A stretch of DNA of 64,000 bases from an uncultured Pseudomonadales bacterium. Its GTDB lineage: Bacteria; Patescibacteriota; Microgenomatia; UBA1400; UBA12028. The stretch covers positions 214,966 to 278,965 of the forward strand of contig CAZDWN010000001.1 in the NCBI GenBank assembly GCA_964509365.1, in the 5' to 3' direction. How positions within the stretch are numbered: position 1 is the first letter of the stretch; every line of letters starts with the position of its first letter. The notes beneath the pieces were generated by a model, which saw nothing but the letters and a program-made list of their open reading frames with translations, was not told the origin of the DNA and did not search any database. Positions 39,301-46,710 of the stretch are shown piece after piece. The translations under genes and the position numbers were made by a program.

Positions 39301-40967
39301 AGACTGGCACGTCAAAAATTCAACTCTTTGTGGATACGAGACCACAAACTGCAGATGTGAGCATCTCATCCACTGGGACACTAGCAAACACTTCTACGTT
39401 TTATCTGGGAGATAAAGATGGGACAGACAATGGCGATGAGCTCAATGGAGATCTCGACGAAGTAAAGATCTACCGGTCTGCACTGACAAGTGAGCAAGTT
39501 GCCATTGATTACAATGCGGGAGCTTCACTCAACTACGGAGTCACAGCGACAAGTGAGAGTACACAAATCACTGGTTCAGCCGAAACTGGACCCATCGGCT
39601 ACTGGCCTATGGATGAAAAAAACGCGTCAACCGCAAAAGATATGTCTGGCAACGGAAGAGACGCTACGCTCAATGCGAATTTTACGTTCGATAGTGACTC
39701 TGGATGGACTCAAGGAAAGCTCGGAAGTGCAGTTCATTTTGATGGGACCAATGACGTCATGCAAGTGATCTCGACGGCATACAACTTGGTCGGCAGCGGA
39801 GATTTTACGATCGAAAGTTGGGTCAAGCTCGATACGATTAGCTCTTCCGTCAACTCGCGTATTTTGACGTTCCAACAAGACGCTTCAAATGGCTACCATT
39901 TTGCGGTTGTCAGTAGCGCCAGTGGGACATGTGGAAGCCGGTTCTTATTTGAAGTTGATAAAGCAGCCACGTATCATGCCAGCGGCTGTTCATCGAGTAA
40001 TCCACTAGCTGTAGTCAATACGTGGTATCACCTCGTCGGCGTCTACAATGGGACTACCAATGTAGCGACATTGTATGTCAATGGTATCCCTCAAGTTGCC
40101 GGCTCCAACGTCACACTCGGTCTTGGCGTCGCTGGTCGATTATCTTGGGCCAGTCAATCGACTGCCGGGACGAACCTCATGGATGGAGTCATCGATGAAA
40201 CGAAAATTTTCGATTATGGCCGGACGCAGGCTCAAGTCGCCTATGACTATAATCGCGGGGCTCCACTTGGGTATTGGCAACTCGATGATTGCCAGACTTC
40301 GACAGCTCGCGATGCGAGTGGCAATGGTTACAATGGCACACTGACGATCGGAGGATCGGGGACTTCGGTGGTTGGAACTTGTAACACCTCATCTTCTGCC
40401 TGGGGCAATGGCTCGACAGGAAAAGTAAATTCTGGACTTGGCCTGGACGGTACCGATGACTTTGTCGACGTTTCCGATACCTCAAACATACGATTTGATG
40501 CTGCGACACAAGACTTTTCAGTTTTTGCCTGGGTAAAACGTGGAGCTACGGGCGCGGAAATGGACATCGTGAGTAAAGAAGATGCTGATAACGACGGGTG
40601 GAGACTTGAGTTCACCAGCAGCAACACCGTGAGGTGTAGTGTGAACTCAATCGATGTTGATAGCACACAGACGATCACTGATACGACCACTTGGCACCAT
40701 GTGGGATGTAGCGTTTCGCGCGCAGGAAATGGTCAAGTGTATATTGATGGCAAACCATCTGGTAGCGCTACGGCGATTTCCTCAACAGCCATGGCGACGA
40801 CCGCTGGACTTCGTTTTGGGGCACGCTCGTATACAGTGGCAAATTATTTCAACGGAATTCTCGATGATGTGAAGCTCTTCAATTATGCTTTGACACTTTC
40901 GCAAGTACGGACCATCTTTAATGGCGGTGGTGGTGTCAATTTTGGCCCATCTACGGGACAACCGTAG
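36321..40967 (+). CDS. secreted DUF2341 + multi-LamG protein, paralog 3
   Basis: ATG at 36321, one nt after the paralog-2 stop. The first approx. 130 aa are nearly identical to paralog 2. Multiple LamG_3 repeats. Ends in ...GGGGVNFGPSTGQP. Confidence 0.8.
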   Translation: MLWHHKKYQRKSNRHLYVLAATLPLLLILIPAIYFGLRFANRTQAVWMDDSWQYRIKVPVTAHTGAETNKYFSATFDTSDTTRFQSDCGDIRFTDLKGRILQYYIASGCSSASTVIHVLVPDFAINATDYYMYYGNPNAADGFSASDFSAGTGVTIGTLGSEEKTTGPYAYWAFDEGTSTIAHDSASGRYDGTITNGPIWRDSNLCISGKCLFFDGTNDTVTIGNIAALNFEKTDAFSISTWIRTNNPAAANIISKQANIAPFAGWNLQTGGSGKIIFQLANTYSSNTLEVVTTNDMAYSDNKWHHVEVTYDGSNTPAGVNLYFDGVAPAMTTTTNTLSGSIANSSSVEIGSRNAAGNFFKGEIDETKIYKSVRSAAQVRADYNSKGGSRLTGSVQGGVDNVALSSGLVGYWNMDEASWNNNCSSQSVTDLSGNINAVKSCPNTTGPTGGAAGKFGNSGNFDGTNDYLDGGDDTDFEFGSATSEMTLAAWVNPTTITPAAAMTIVSKYNSTSNREYIFQMSTSGKLTLTLSGDGASVTSLSSTSSMTASTWQHVAVTFAASTGTVRFYINGVLDKEGTIAISPIFTGTALFEIGATNKSGTTPDLFWSGNLDEVRVYKKLLSPGTIRSLYAFAPGPLGYWPLDEHAGTSASDLSGNSLTGTVTNGPVWTAGKFGSALTFDGSDDNVNIGNTIDLSGNKPMSLSAWIYPTATPGVNGAGIISKYDRGNAGEWRLFLNSSRQIQMLRECGGFGIVSTTAVTLNTWTHVEGSYDGTNLRIYLNGVLDKTTADSCSVSSTAIEVIIGAGDNGSGVEDVFTGSIDDVRMYSYGRTASQITEDMNGGHPIGGSPVGSQVSYWNMDETNGTTARDTSVNANNLTLSTASWTRSGKTNSAWNGVGTNWLSRADDDDLDFSAAEDFTLSLWFKSDSASNPAATEYLMYKAPSGASNGGYGLYVNTSGQLCFGIDDDNTSFPEDSSCSTADFYDATWHHVLAIKTGTSKIQLFVDTRPQTADVSISSTGTLANTSTFYLGDKDGTDNGDELNGDLDEVKIYRSALTSEQVAIDYNAGASLNYGVTATSESTQITGSAETGPIGYWPMDEKNASTAKDMSGNGRDATLNANFTFDSDSGWTQGKLGSAVHFDGTNDVMQVISTAYNLVGSGDFTIESWVKLDTISSSVNSRILTFQQDASNGYHFAVVSSASGTCGSRFLFEVDKAATYHASGCSSSNPLAVVNTWYHLVGVYNGTTNVATLYVNGIPQVAGSNVTLGLGVAGRLSWASQSTAGTNLMDGVIDETKIFDYGRTQAQVAYDYNRGAPLGYWQLDDCQTSTARDASGNGYNGTLTIGGSGTSVVGTCNTSSSAWGNGSTGKVNSGLGLDGTDDFVDVSDTSNIRFDAATQDFSVFAWVKRGATGAEMDIVSKEDADNDGWRLEFTSSNTVRCSVNSIDVDSTQTITDTTTWHHVGCSVSRAGNGQVYIDGKPSGSATAISSTAMATTAGLRFGARSYTVANYFNGILDDVKLFNYALTLSQVRTIFNGGGGVNFGPSTGQP

Positions 40968-41022
40968 TCGATACAAATCAGCGCTAGCTTTTTGTAAAAA
41001 AAAATGGAATACTTAGAGACCT

Positions 41023-43116
41023 ATGCAAGGCAACTCATCCTTTTCCCTGAAAAACACATTCTCTTTCCTCTCTATCGCAGTTGCACTCGGCGTAGTCGCA
41101 CTACTCCCCGTCTTGTTTTTTCCGTTCATTCCAAATTTATTTGACACTGCAAAATACTCAATGGTGATCATCGTGAGTTTGCTCATGGTCATCGCATTTG
41201 CGGTCTTCGCAGTCCTTCGTCGTTCACTCGAAGTGTCTCGTTCCCTCGTGACCGTCGGTTTTGGGCTTCTCTCGCTCTCGACTGTCATTTCAATAATTCT
41301 TTCCAGTCCAAATAAATATGAAGCCATGACCGGATCAGGCGTCTTCTTCTTGTGTCTTGGGCTTCTGTATATCGTTCTCGCGACGAGCATTAAAAAAAGA
41401 TTCACTACTTCCCTCGTCATTGCGATGGGTGTTGGCGGTGTGTTGATCACTCTCTTTTCTATACTTGAGAAAGTCGGCGCAAATCTTTTCTCATTGTTTG
41501 GACTCAACGGCACCACCGTCATGGGATTGTTTCCAAATGGTGGCAGCTTGATCAACTTCTCACTACTGCTGATCATTTTGGTGACATTAGTATTGTCCGC
41601 GATCACTCAGAAGCAAGTGGTGACTCGAGCAATCTCGATCGCGCTCTCCGGAGTCGTCGTCCTCGGTCTCATCCTCAATGGAGTGAATCTCTTACCTGGA
41701 AGTGCCCAAGCTCCTGTATTGCTTCCGTTCAGTGCAAGCTGGAGTATCGCCTTGGATGTGTTGAAGACTCCTCGCACGGCTTTAGTTGGAGTCGGTCCAC
41801 AAGGCTACGTCCAAGCGTTCAGTTTGTTTAAGCCAATAGCGCTCAATAACACGCCATTCTGGGCTGTGCGATTTGGAGCCGCTCACAACGTCCCACTTGA
41901 TATCATTGTCACACACGGAGCCATCGGAGTTGTCGCATTGGCGCTGATTCTCTTGGGTATTCTCGCAAAAGTGAAATCCACGCGAAAGCAAGATCTTCCT
42001 CTGCTTGGTGGTGTCGCGATCAGCGTCCTGATTTTCCTCCTCATCCCTGCAGGACCAGTCCTCTGGGTACTGCTTGCAGTGCTGCTCGTTGCGTGGAATG
42101 CTGCAAACGCAGAGTCGTTGGTGGATGGCAGTGAAGACACTTCGACATTTGTGCTCTTGAGCGCGCATAGTAAGACTGGCAAAGATGAGAAACATGTATC
42201 GACGGGCATCATTGCCGTGATCGCTCTCCTATTGATCGGAGGCTCGCTCTTCGGCTTGTACTTCAATACTCGCTCACTGGCATCTCAAATTGTGTATGGA
42301 AAAGCGCTTGAAGCGATCCGTACCAACAAAGCAAAAGATGCGTATGATTTGATGCGCACCGCGATCACGATTGCTCCATATCATGAAGATCTGCGCCGCA
42401 CCTTCTCTCAGATCAACCTGTCGATCGCCCAAGGTCTCACCCAAAATAAAGATTTGAGCGATGAGGACAAAAAGACTGCGATCACCTTGATCCAACAATC
42501 GATCAATGAAGCAAAAGCTTCAGTGGCTCTCAACCAAACCGAGTCTTCAAACTGGCTTTCACTCGCTATCGTCTATGACAATTTGATCGGTGCTGCCAAA
42601 GAGGCCGATCAATGGACAGTAGCCGCGTATACGCAAGCGATCATTCGAGATCCAGCCAACCCACGCACTCGCGTTGATTTGGGAGGCGTGTATCGTAAGT
42701 TGAAGAGTGACGACCAAGCAAGTCGACTCTTTGAGCAAGCAGCTCAATTGAAGCCTGACTATGCCAATGCCTACTTCAATATGGCAAGTATCGCCCAGTC
42801 ATTGGATCACAAAGATCAGCAGTTGGCACTGCTCAAGAAGACCCTCTCACTGTTGGATCCAAAAGACCCTCAGTATGCACAGGTCAAAGACATCGTCGAC
42901 AAGCTTGATACCGAAGTCCAAGCAGCCGCGAAAGATTCAAAGACTGGCACGCCAACTGCAACGCCAAGGCCGACGGCGACACCAGTCCCGGCTGACGCGA
43001 CAGCGACAAGTAGTGCAAAGGCAAAGATTGAATTGCCACCGGATGCTGGGATAGCGAGCAACTCCGCTTCTGTCCCACCAGTCCCGACCGCATCTCCAAA
43101 AGCGGCGACACAGTAA
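41023..43116 (+). CDS. O-antigen ligase (Wzy_C) family membrane protein with C-terminal TPR repeats and Pro/Thr/Ala tail (WaaL/PglL-like)
   Basis: 697 aa. About 12 TM helices. Wzy_C signature loop (LVGVGPQGYVQAF...FWAVRFGAAHNVPLDIIVTHGAIGVVAL). Then an approx. 250-aa TPR-like helical region (KPDYANAYFNMASIAQSL...) and a TPTATPRPTATPVP tail. Confidence 0.7.
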   Translation: MQGNSSFSLKNTFSFLSIAVALGVVALLPVLFFPFIPNLFDTAKYSMVIIVSLLMVIAFAVFAVLRRSLEVSRSLVTVGFGLLSLSTVISIILSSPNKYEAMTGSGVFFLCLGLLYIVLATSIKKRFTTSLVIAMGVGGVLITLFSILEKVGANLFSLFGLNGTTVMGLFPNGGSLINFSLLLIILVTLVLSAITQKQVVTRAISIALSGVVVLGLILNGVNLLPGSAQAPVLLPFSASWSIALDVLKTPRTALVGVGPQGYVQAFSLFKPIALNNTPFWAVRFGAAHNVPLDIIVTHGAIGVVALALILLGILAKVKSTRKQDLPLLGGVAISVLIFLLIPAGPVLWVLLAVLLVAWNAANAESLVDGSEDTSTFVLLSAHSKTGKDEKHVSTGIIAVIALLLIGGSLFGLYFNTRSLASQIVYGKALEAIRTNKAKDAYDLMRTAITIAPYHEDLRRTFSQINLSIAQGLTQNKDLSDEDKKTAITLIQQSINEAKASVALNQTESSNWLSLAIVYDNLIGAAKEADQWTVAAYTQAIIRDPANPRTRVDLGGVYRKLKSDDQASRLFEQAAQLKPDYANAYFNMASIAQSLDHKDQQLALLKKTLSLLDPKDPQYAQVKDIVDKLDTEVQAAAKDSKTGTPTATPRPTATPVPADATATSSAKAKIELPPDAGIASNSASVPPVPTASPKAATQ

Positions 43117-43143
43117 GAGCGTTGAATAGTGAAAAAAAAGAAA

Positions 43144-43172
43144 GGGGCGCACCTACTCGGACGCCCCTTTTT
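43144..43172 (+). terminator. Rho-independent terminator after the ligase gene
   Basis: GGGGCG stem / 12-nt loop / CGCCCC followed by TTTTT (aaaggggcgcacctactcggacgcccctttttc), 28 nt after the stop. Confidence 0.7.
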
Positions 43173-43515
43173 CATGTTCATTTCCAAGCCTTTGCACGCA
43201 GACACATACATGCTCAGCTTGATGAATTGCTGCCGATTTTTGGCCAAAAGCGAGCTTCCTTCTATCCAAGAATCTCCACTGACCGAATGAATCCTACGTG
43301 TCATTTGGAGGCGGTTTTGGTAAACATATCCAACTATCTAATACTATATAAAAAAGCATCGCTTTTTCTTATTTCAAACCAATCACTCGAGGTAATTCTG
43401 CCACGGTATCAAAATACCTAACACTATATAAATAGACATCATTTCCGTAGTCAGCCATCTTCATTTTGGCAAGTCTCTGAGAGTCAAAATTTAGGAGGAT
43501 TGGGATGGATGACGA

Positions 43516-43728
43516 GTGTTTGTACCTCTCCTTTTGGCCACGTGTATAATAGAAACCATGGCCTACAACTCTCCCTACCAACCAAATGCAGATCGAAATG
43601 AGCTCAGGAGAATTGGAATGCAAGCCGGCGAATCGGCATTGCGCAACATCATTATTTGGAGTTCGCAACTTATCAAGTTTGTGGTGCAGTTTGTGATCGA
43701 CGCGATCAAGCAAGTATTGGGACAGTAG
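43516..43728 (+). CDS. small hypothetical protein (70 aa from a GTG start; 56 aa if the ATG at 43558 is used)
   Basis: ORF-track entry (GTG start) ending ...IIIWSSQLIKFVVQFVIDAIKQVLGQ. A separate perfect SD (AGGAGG at 43493-43498) precedes a 14-codon mini-ORF (ATG 43505) in another frame. The true start is uncertain. Confidence 0.25.
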   Translation: MFVPLLLATCIIETMAYNSPYQPNADRNELRRIGMQAGESALRNIIIWSSQLIKFVVQFVIDAIKQVLGQ

Positions 43729-43736
43729 TGAGCGTG

Positions 43737-43807
43737 TGGACTGTGGGGGAATCGAACCCCCGTTCTATCGTTGCGGACGATATGTACTACCGCTGTACGA
43801 ACAGCCC
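43737..43807 (-). tRNA. tRNA-Ala (anticodon CGC by manual fold)
   Basis: Manual cloverleaf: acceptor GGGCTGT/ACAGTCC with G3:U70, D-arm GTAC-AGCGGTA-GTAC, anticodon arm TATCG-TCCGCAA-CGATA, T-arm GGGGG-TTCGATT-CCCCC, discriminator A73, no encoded CCA. The loop has C33, which is unusual, so the anticodon call is tentative. Confidence 0.7.
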
Positions 43808-43840
43808 TTTTTCTACCCAAAGTATTGTATCATTAAATCT

Positions 43841-44203
43841 ATGAAGAAATTCTTCAAGGGATTTTATTATGCTGCCAGAGGGATCGCATTGTCGTCTTCA
43901 GAACGAAACATGCGGGTGCACTTTGTCGCCAGTTGGGCAGTGATTATAGCGGGCATATACTTTCGCTTGGCAAGAGTTGAATGGATTATTCTGTTCTTCG
44001 CGATCGCTCTTGTACTATGTGCTGAGGGTTTTAATACATCTATTGAATATGTCATCAATCTCATTCGAGATGACTGTCACGTCCCGTATGCGAATGTAAA
44101 ATTAGGCAAAGCCAAAGACATCGCTGCTGGCGCAGTTTTCGTGGTTGCAATCATGTCTGCTTTGATTGGCGCTCTTATCTTCCTGCCTCATATTTTCCCA
44201 TGA
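43841..44203 (+). CDS. dgkA: diacylglycerol/undecaprenol kinase family protein (DgkA-like)
   Basis: 120 aa from the ATG at 43841 (the upstream part of the 155-aa ORF overlaps the tRNA). Three TM helices. DgkA motifs SSERNMRVHF, AEGFNTSIEYVINLIRDD, AKDIAAGAVF. Confidence 0.75.
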   Translation: MKKFFKGFYYAARGIALSSSERNMRVHFVASWAVIIAGIYFRLARVEWIILFFAIALVLCAEGFNTSIEYVINLIRDDCHVPYANVKLGKAKDIAAGAVFVVAIMSALIGALIFLPHIFP

Positions 44204-44221
44204 TACAATAGTCTCCTAGCC

Positions 44222-44292
44222 GGGCCCGTAGTACACCGGTAGTATACTTCCATGGCATGGAATAGAAAGGGGTTCGATTCCCCTCGGGTCCA
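44222..44292 (+). tRNA. tRNA-Ala (anticodon GGC)
   Basis: Manual cloverleaf: acceptor GGGCCCG/CGGGTCC with G3:U70, D-arm GTAC-ACCGGTA-GTAT, anticodon loop ATGGCAT (U33, GGC, A37), T-arm AGGGG-TTCGATT-CCCCT, discriminator A73, no encoded CCA. Confidence 0.75.
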
Positions 44293-44298
44293 CAGTGA

Positions 44299-45588
44299 TC
44301 AATCTTGAGATTCGATGATTTGATTTCGAAGAGTATCCAATCCCTCACCCGTGCTGCTACTGATCCAAAATACGCCTTTTACGGCCTTGCTCATTTGCGT
44401 CAGGATTTCAGATTTTCGCTCTGGCGTCAAAAGATCTGCTTTTGAGAGGACAATGATTCGTTCCTTTTGAGAGAATGGGATCGAAGAGTTTGTTGCTTCC
44501 TTCTCGTACGTTTCAAGCTCATTTTCAAGGGTTTTGAGCGAGAATTGATACTGATCACAAATAGTATTCACTTCACTCATATCATCAAGCAGTATCGCAT
44601 CATCCATTGAGAGCAAAAATATGAGCATTTTGCAGCGGCTGACGTGACGCAGGAATTTTATGCCGAGGCCTTTGCCTTCACTGGCACCTTCGATTAAGCC
44701 TGGGATATCTGCGATCACGACAGTTTTTCGATCAGCCACATCGCCACTCTCGACCATCATGACTCCCAAGTTTGGTTCGAGGGTCGTGAATGGATAGTTA
44801 GCGATTTTTGGAGTCGCTTTCGTGAGTACAGAAAGCAGCGTGCTCTTTCCAGCGTTCGGGAAGCCGACAAGTCCGACATCGGCGATGAGTTGCAATTCAA
44901 ATAGGAAATCGCCTTCCTCTCCCCCTTCGCCCGTTTGGGCTTCCATTGGAGTGGTGTTGCGACTGCTCTTGAAGCTCTCATTCCCTTTGCCGCCTCGACC
45001 ACCTCGGGCAATGGTGACTTCCACACCTTCCTCTGTAAGATCTTCGACCAGCACGACGTCATAGGTTTGGCCGCCGTAATTGAGTGTCGCTTTGTCACCT
45101 TTGATGGCCGTGACTTGTGGGGCCTGCGTGTCTTCGTCATTGACGCTCACGGCATACGGATCACCTGCCAGAGTAAACACACCTTCTCGTTCGCGAATGA
45201 TGCTACTAGCCCGACGTTCGATCGGTCGTTCGACGCGGCCAAGCTCTTGGTCGTTTTTGTACATCATCTTCGGCTTGTTACGGACGTAGGTACTGATGAT
45301 GCGCCAGACTCGAGTCCCAATTGGGAGCTTCACGACCACATTTTCCTGGTCTTTCCCGTGCATATTGGTGACCCCACCCATTTGTCCATTATCTGCTTCT
45401 ATGTTTGATATACCCGCAAAATTACGCAGGGTGTTTTCATGGCCAGTACCAACGACGATGACACTGCCACCATTTCCGCCATCACCACCATCTGGACCCC
45501 CTTTGAGTGTCCGACGGTTTCGGAAAAATGAGATGCGACCATCTCCCCCTTTCCCTGCGCTAATGTGTATTTTGACGAGATCAACCAT
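44299..45588 (-). CDS. obg: GTPase Obg/CgtA (with large insertion in the N-terminal Gly-rich Obg fold; no C-terminal OCT domain)
   Basis: Start at MVDLVKIHISAGKGGDGRISFFR (the upstream in-frame extension lacks homology). GGPDGGDGGNGGSV and ARGGRGGKGN Obg-fold glycine motifs. G1 GLVGFPNAGKST, G3 DIPGLIEGA. About 80 extra residues between the Gly-rich strands. Confidence 0.85.
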   Translation of the reverse strand: MVDLVKIHISAGKGGDGRISFFRNRRTLKGGPDGGDGGNGGSVIVVGTGHENTLRNFAGISNIEADNGQMGGVTNMHGKDQENVVVKLPIGTRVWRIISTYVRNKPKMMYKNDQELGRVERPIERRASSIIREREGVFTLAGDPYAVSVNDEDTQAPQVTAIKGDKATLNYGGQTYDVVLVEDLTEEGVEVTIARGGRGGKGNESFKSSRNTTPMEAQTGEGGEEGDFLFELQLIADVGLVGFPNAGKSTLLSVLTKATPKIANYPFTTLEPNLGVMMVESGDVADRKTVVIADIPGLIEGASEGKGLGIKFLRHVSRCKMLIFLLSMDDAILLDDMSEVNTICDQYQFSLKTLENELETYEKEATNSSIPFSQKERIIVLSKADLLTPERKSEILTQMSKAVKGVFWISSSTGEGLDTLRNQIIESQD

Positions 45589-45657
45589 ATGCGTATTGTA
45601 CCAGAGATTGCTTCCCTTCTCCTTGACAAACTTCTTCACCGTCTTTAGGATCAGAAT

Positions 45658-46089
45658 ATGTCCGATAGCGCATCGAATGCGTCCAAAAATCCTCCAAAAA
45701 CAATCCTCATTATTGACGATGATCGGTATAATCGTGATTTCTATCAAGAGTTACTCCAAGATAATGGCTATGTGGTCGATACAGCAGAAAACGGTCTCGT
45801 CGGCTACGAAAAGATGAATACCTCTCCCCACTACGATATTGTGCTCCTGGATATCGTCATGCCGACCAAAGACGGGATGGAGACCCTTACCGATCTCAAA
45901 GCCCGTCCAGATATTCGTGAAAAGCATGGTCCGATTTATATGCTCTCGGCACTGGGCCAAGATTCTGTAGTGGAGAATGCAAAAGAACTTGGAGCGGCTG
46001 GCTATATCGTGAAGACCGATATCACGCCAGATCAATTTTTACGAAAGATCAAAGAGCTTATCCCTACCTCTCCTACTTCCCAAGCCTAA
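45658..46089 (+). CDS. single-domain response regulator (CheY-like receiver)
   Basis: 143 aa. ILIIDDD...DIVLLDIVMP..DG...KHGPIYMLSALG receiver-domain pattern (Asp pocket, phospho-acceptor Asp, conserved K region). Divergent from obg. Confidence 0.8.
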   Translation: MSDSASNASKNPPKTILIIDDDRYNRDFYQELLQDNGYVVDTAENGLVGYEKMNTSPHYDIVLLDIVMPTKDGMETLTDLKARPDIREKHGPIYMLSALGQDSVVENAKELGAAGYIVKTDITPDQFLRKIKELIPTSPTSQA

Positions 46090-46113
46090 AGCTAGTACGC
46101 TATATTTTATTCT

Positions 46114-46521
46114 ATGCACTTCGTTCACCATATTCCGACACTTATAGCAAGGCAAAAACGTATGTATAAAGCTTGGGGAAAATCAGTTGCAATCGACTTA
46201 CTTGATTGCCCACATGAAATGATCGACAACAAAGAGACTGTGTTGGACTTCATCAAAAAAGTGATAAAACACATCGATATGAAAGCCCATGGACCGACGT
46301 ATATTGAGAGGTTTGGCGAAGTAGGCAAACACCCTGGCCCAGGGTATTCCGCGATGCAATTCATCGAAACTTCATCGATTACGATTCATTGCGATGAGTT
46401 TGATAACCGTGTGTTTATCGATATTTTCTCCTGTAAAGATTTTGATGCTGATTCGGCAGCAGCATTTGCGAAAGAGTTTTTCAAAGCGAAAGAAATGAAG
46501 TACACACCATTAGAAAGATAG
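46114..46521 (+). CDS. S-adenosylmethionine decarboxylase-related protein (SpeH/SpeD small-type AdoMetDC)
   Basis: AWGKSVAIDLLDC...HGPGYSAMQFIETSSITIHCDEFDN..FIDIFSCKDFD matches the small pyruvoyl-dependent AdoMetDC family (processing Ser in ETSS; FSCK motif). The true start may be the Met at 46162. Confidence 0.6.
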   Translation: MHFVHHIPTLIARQKRMYKAWGKSVAIDLLDCPHEMIDNKETVLDFIKKVIKHIDMKAHGPTYIERFGEVGKHPGPGYSAMQFIETSSITIHCDEFDNRVFIDIFSCKDFDADSAAAFAKEFFKAKEMKYTPLER

Positions 46522-46530
46522 AGGAGATTT

Positions 46531-46707
46531 TATGTCGGATATTTCTAGAAAGTTGGAGCAAGCTAAAGTAGGTAACTTTGCAAAAGATGTCTTGACACCT
46601 GTTGGGAAAATCCCAGAGCCGAGTATAAATTCTTCTGAACAGACGAACCCGGAAAAAAAGAATTTAATACAGACTCTTCAAGACTTGATTAACAAGTTAA
46701 GAAGATA
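46531..46707 (+). CDS. small hypothetical protein (approx. 58 aa)
   Basis: ATG preceded by GAGGAG at 6-7 nt spacing (agatagaggagattttATG). Encodes MSDISRKLEQAKVGNFAKDVLTPVGKIPEPSINSSEQTNPEKKNLIQTLQDLINKLRR. Below the ORF-track size cutoff. Coordinates are within 1 nt. Confidence 0.3.
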
Positions 46708-46710
46708 GGT

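Noticed and set aside
25669-40967. N-terminal hydrophobic segments of the LamG proteins as type IV pilin/pseudopilin signals
   Set aside because: There is no G/FTLIE-type prepilin peptidase site. These look like ordinary signal anchors.
41013-41606. 197-aa minus-strand ORF
   Set aside because: Antisense of the hydrophobic N-terminal half of the O-antigen-ligase gene. It is itself hydrophobic only by complementarity.
43736-43840. N-terminal 35 codons of the 155-aa ORF (MDCGGIEPPFYRCGRY...)
   Set aside because: This is a translation across the minus-strand tRNA gene. The DgkA homology starts at the Met at 43841.
44299-45747. Longer obg ORF starting MIEITIIPIIVNNEDCF...
   Set aside because: The first 53 codons have no Obg homology and would overlap the divergent response-regulator promoter. 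Obg homology begins at MVDLVKI (45588).
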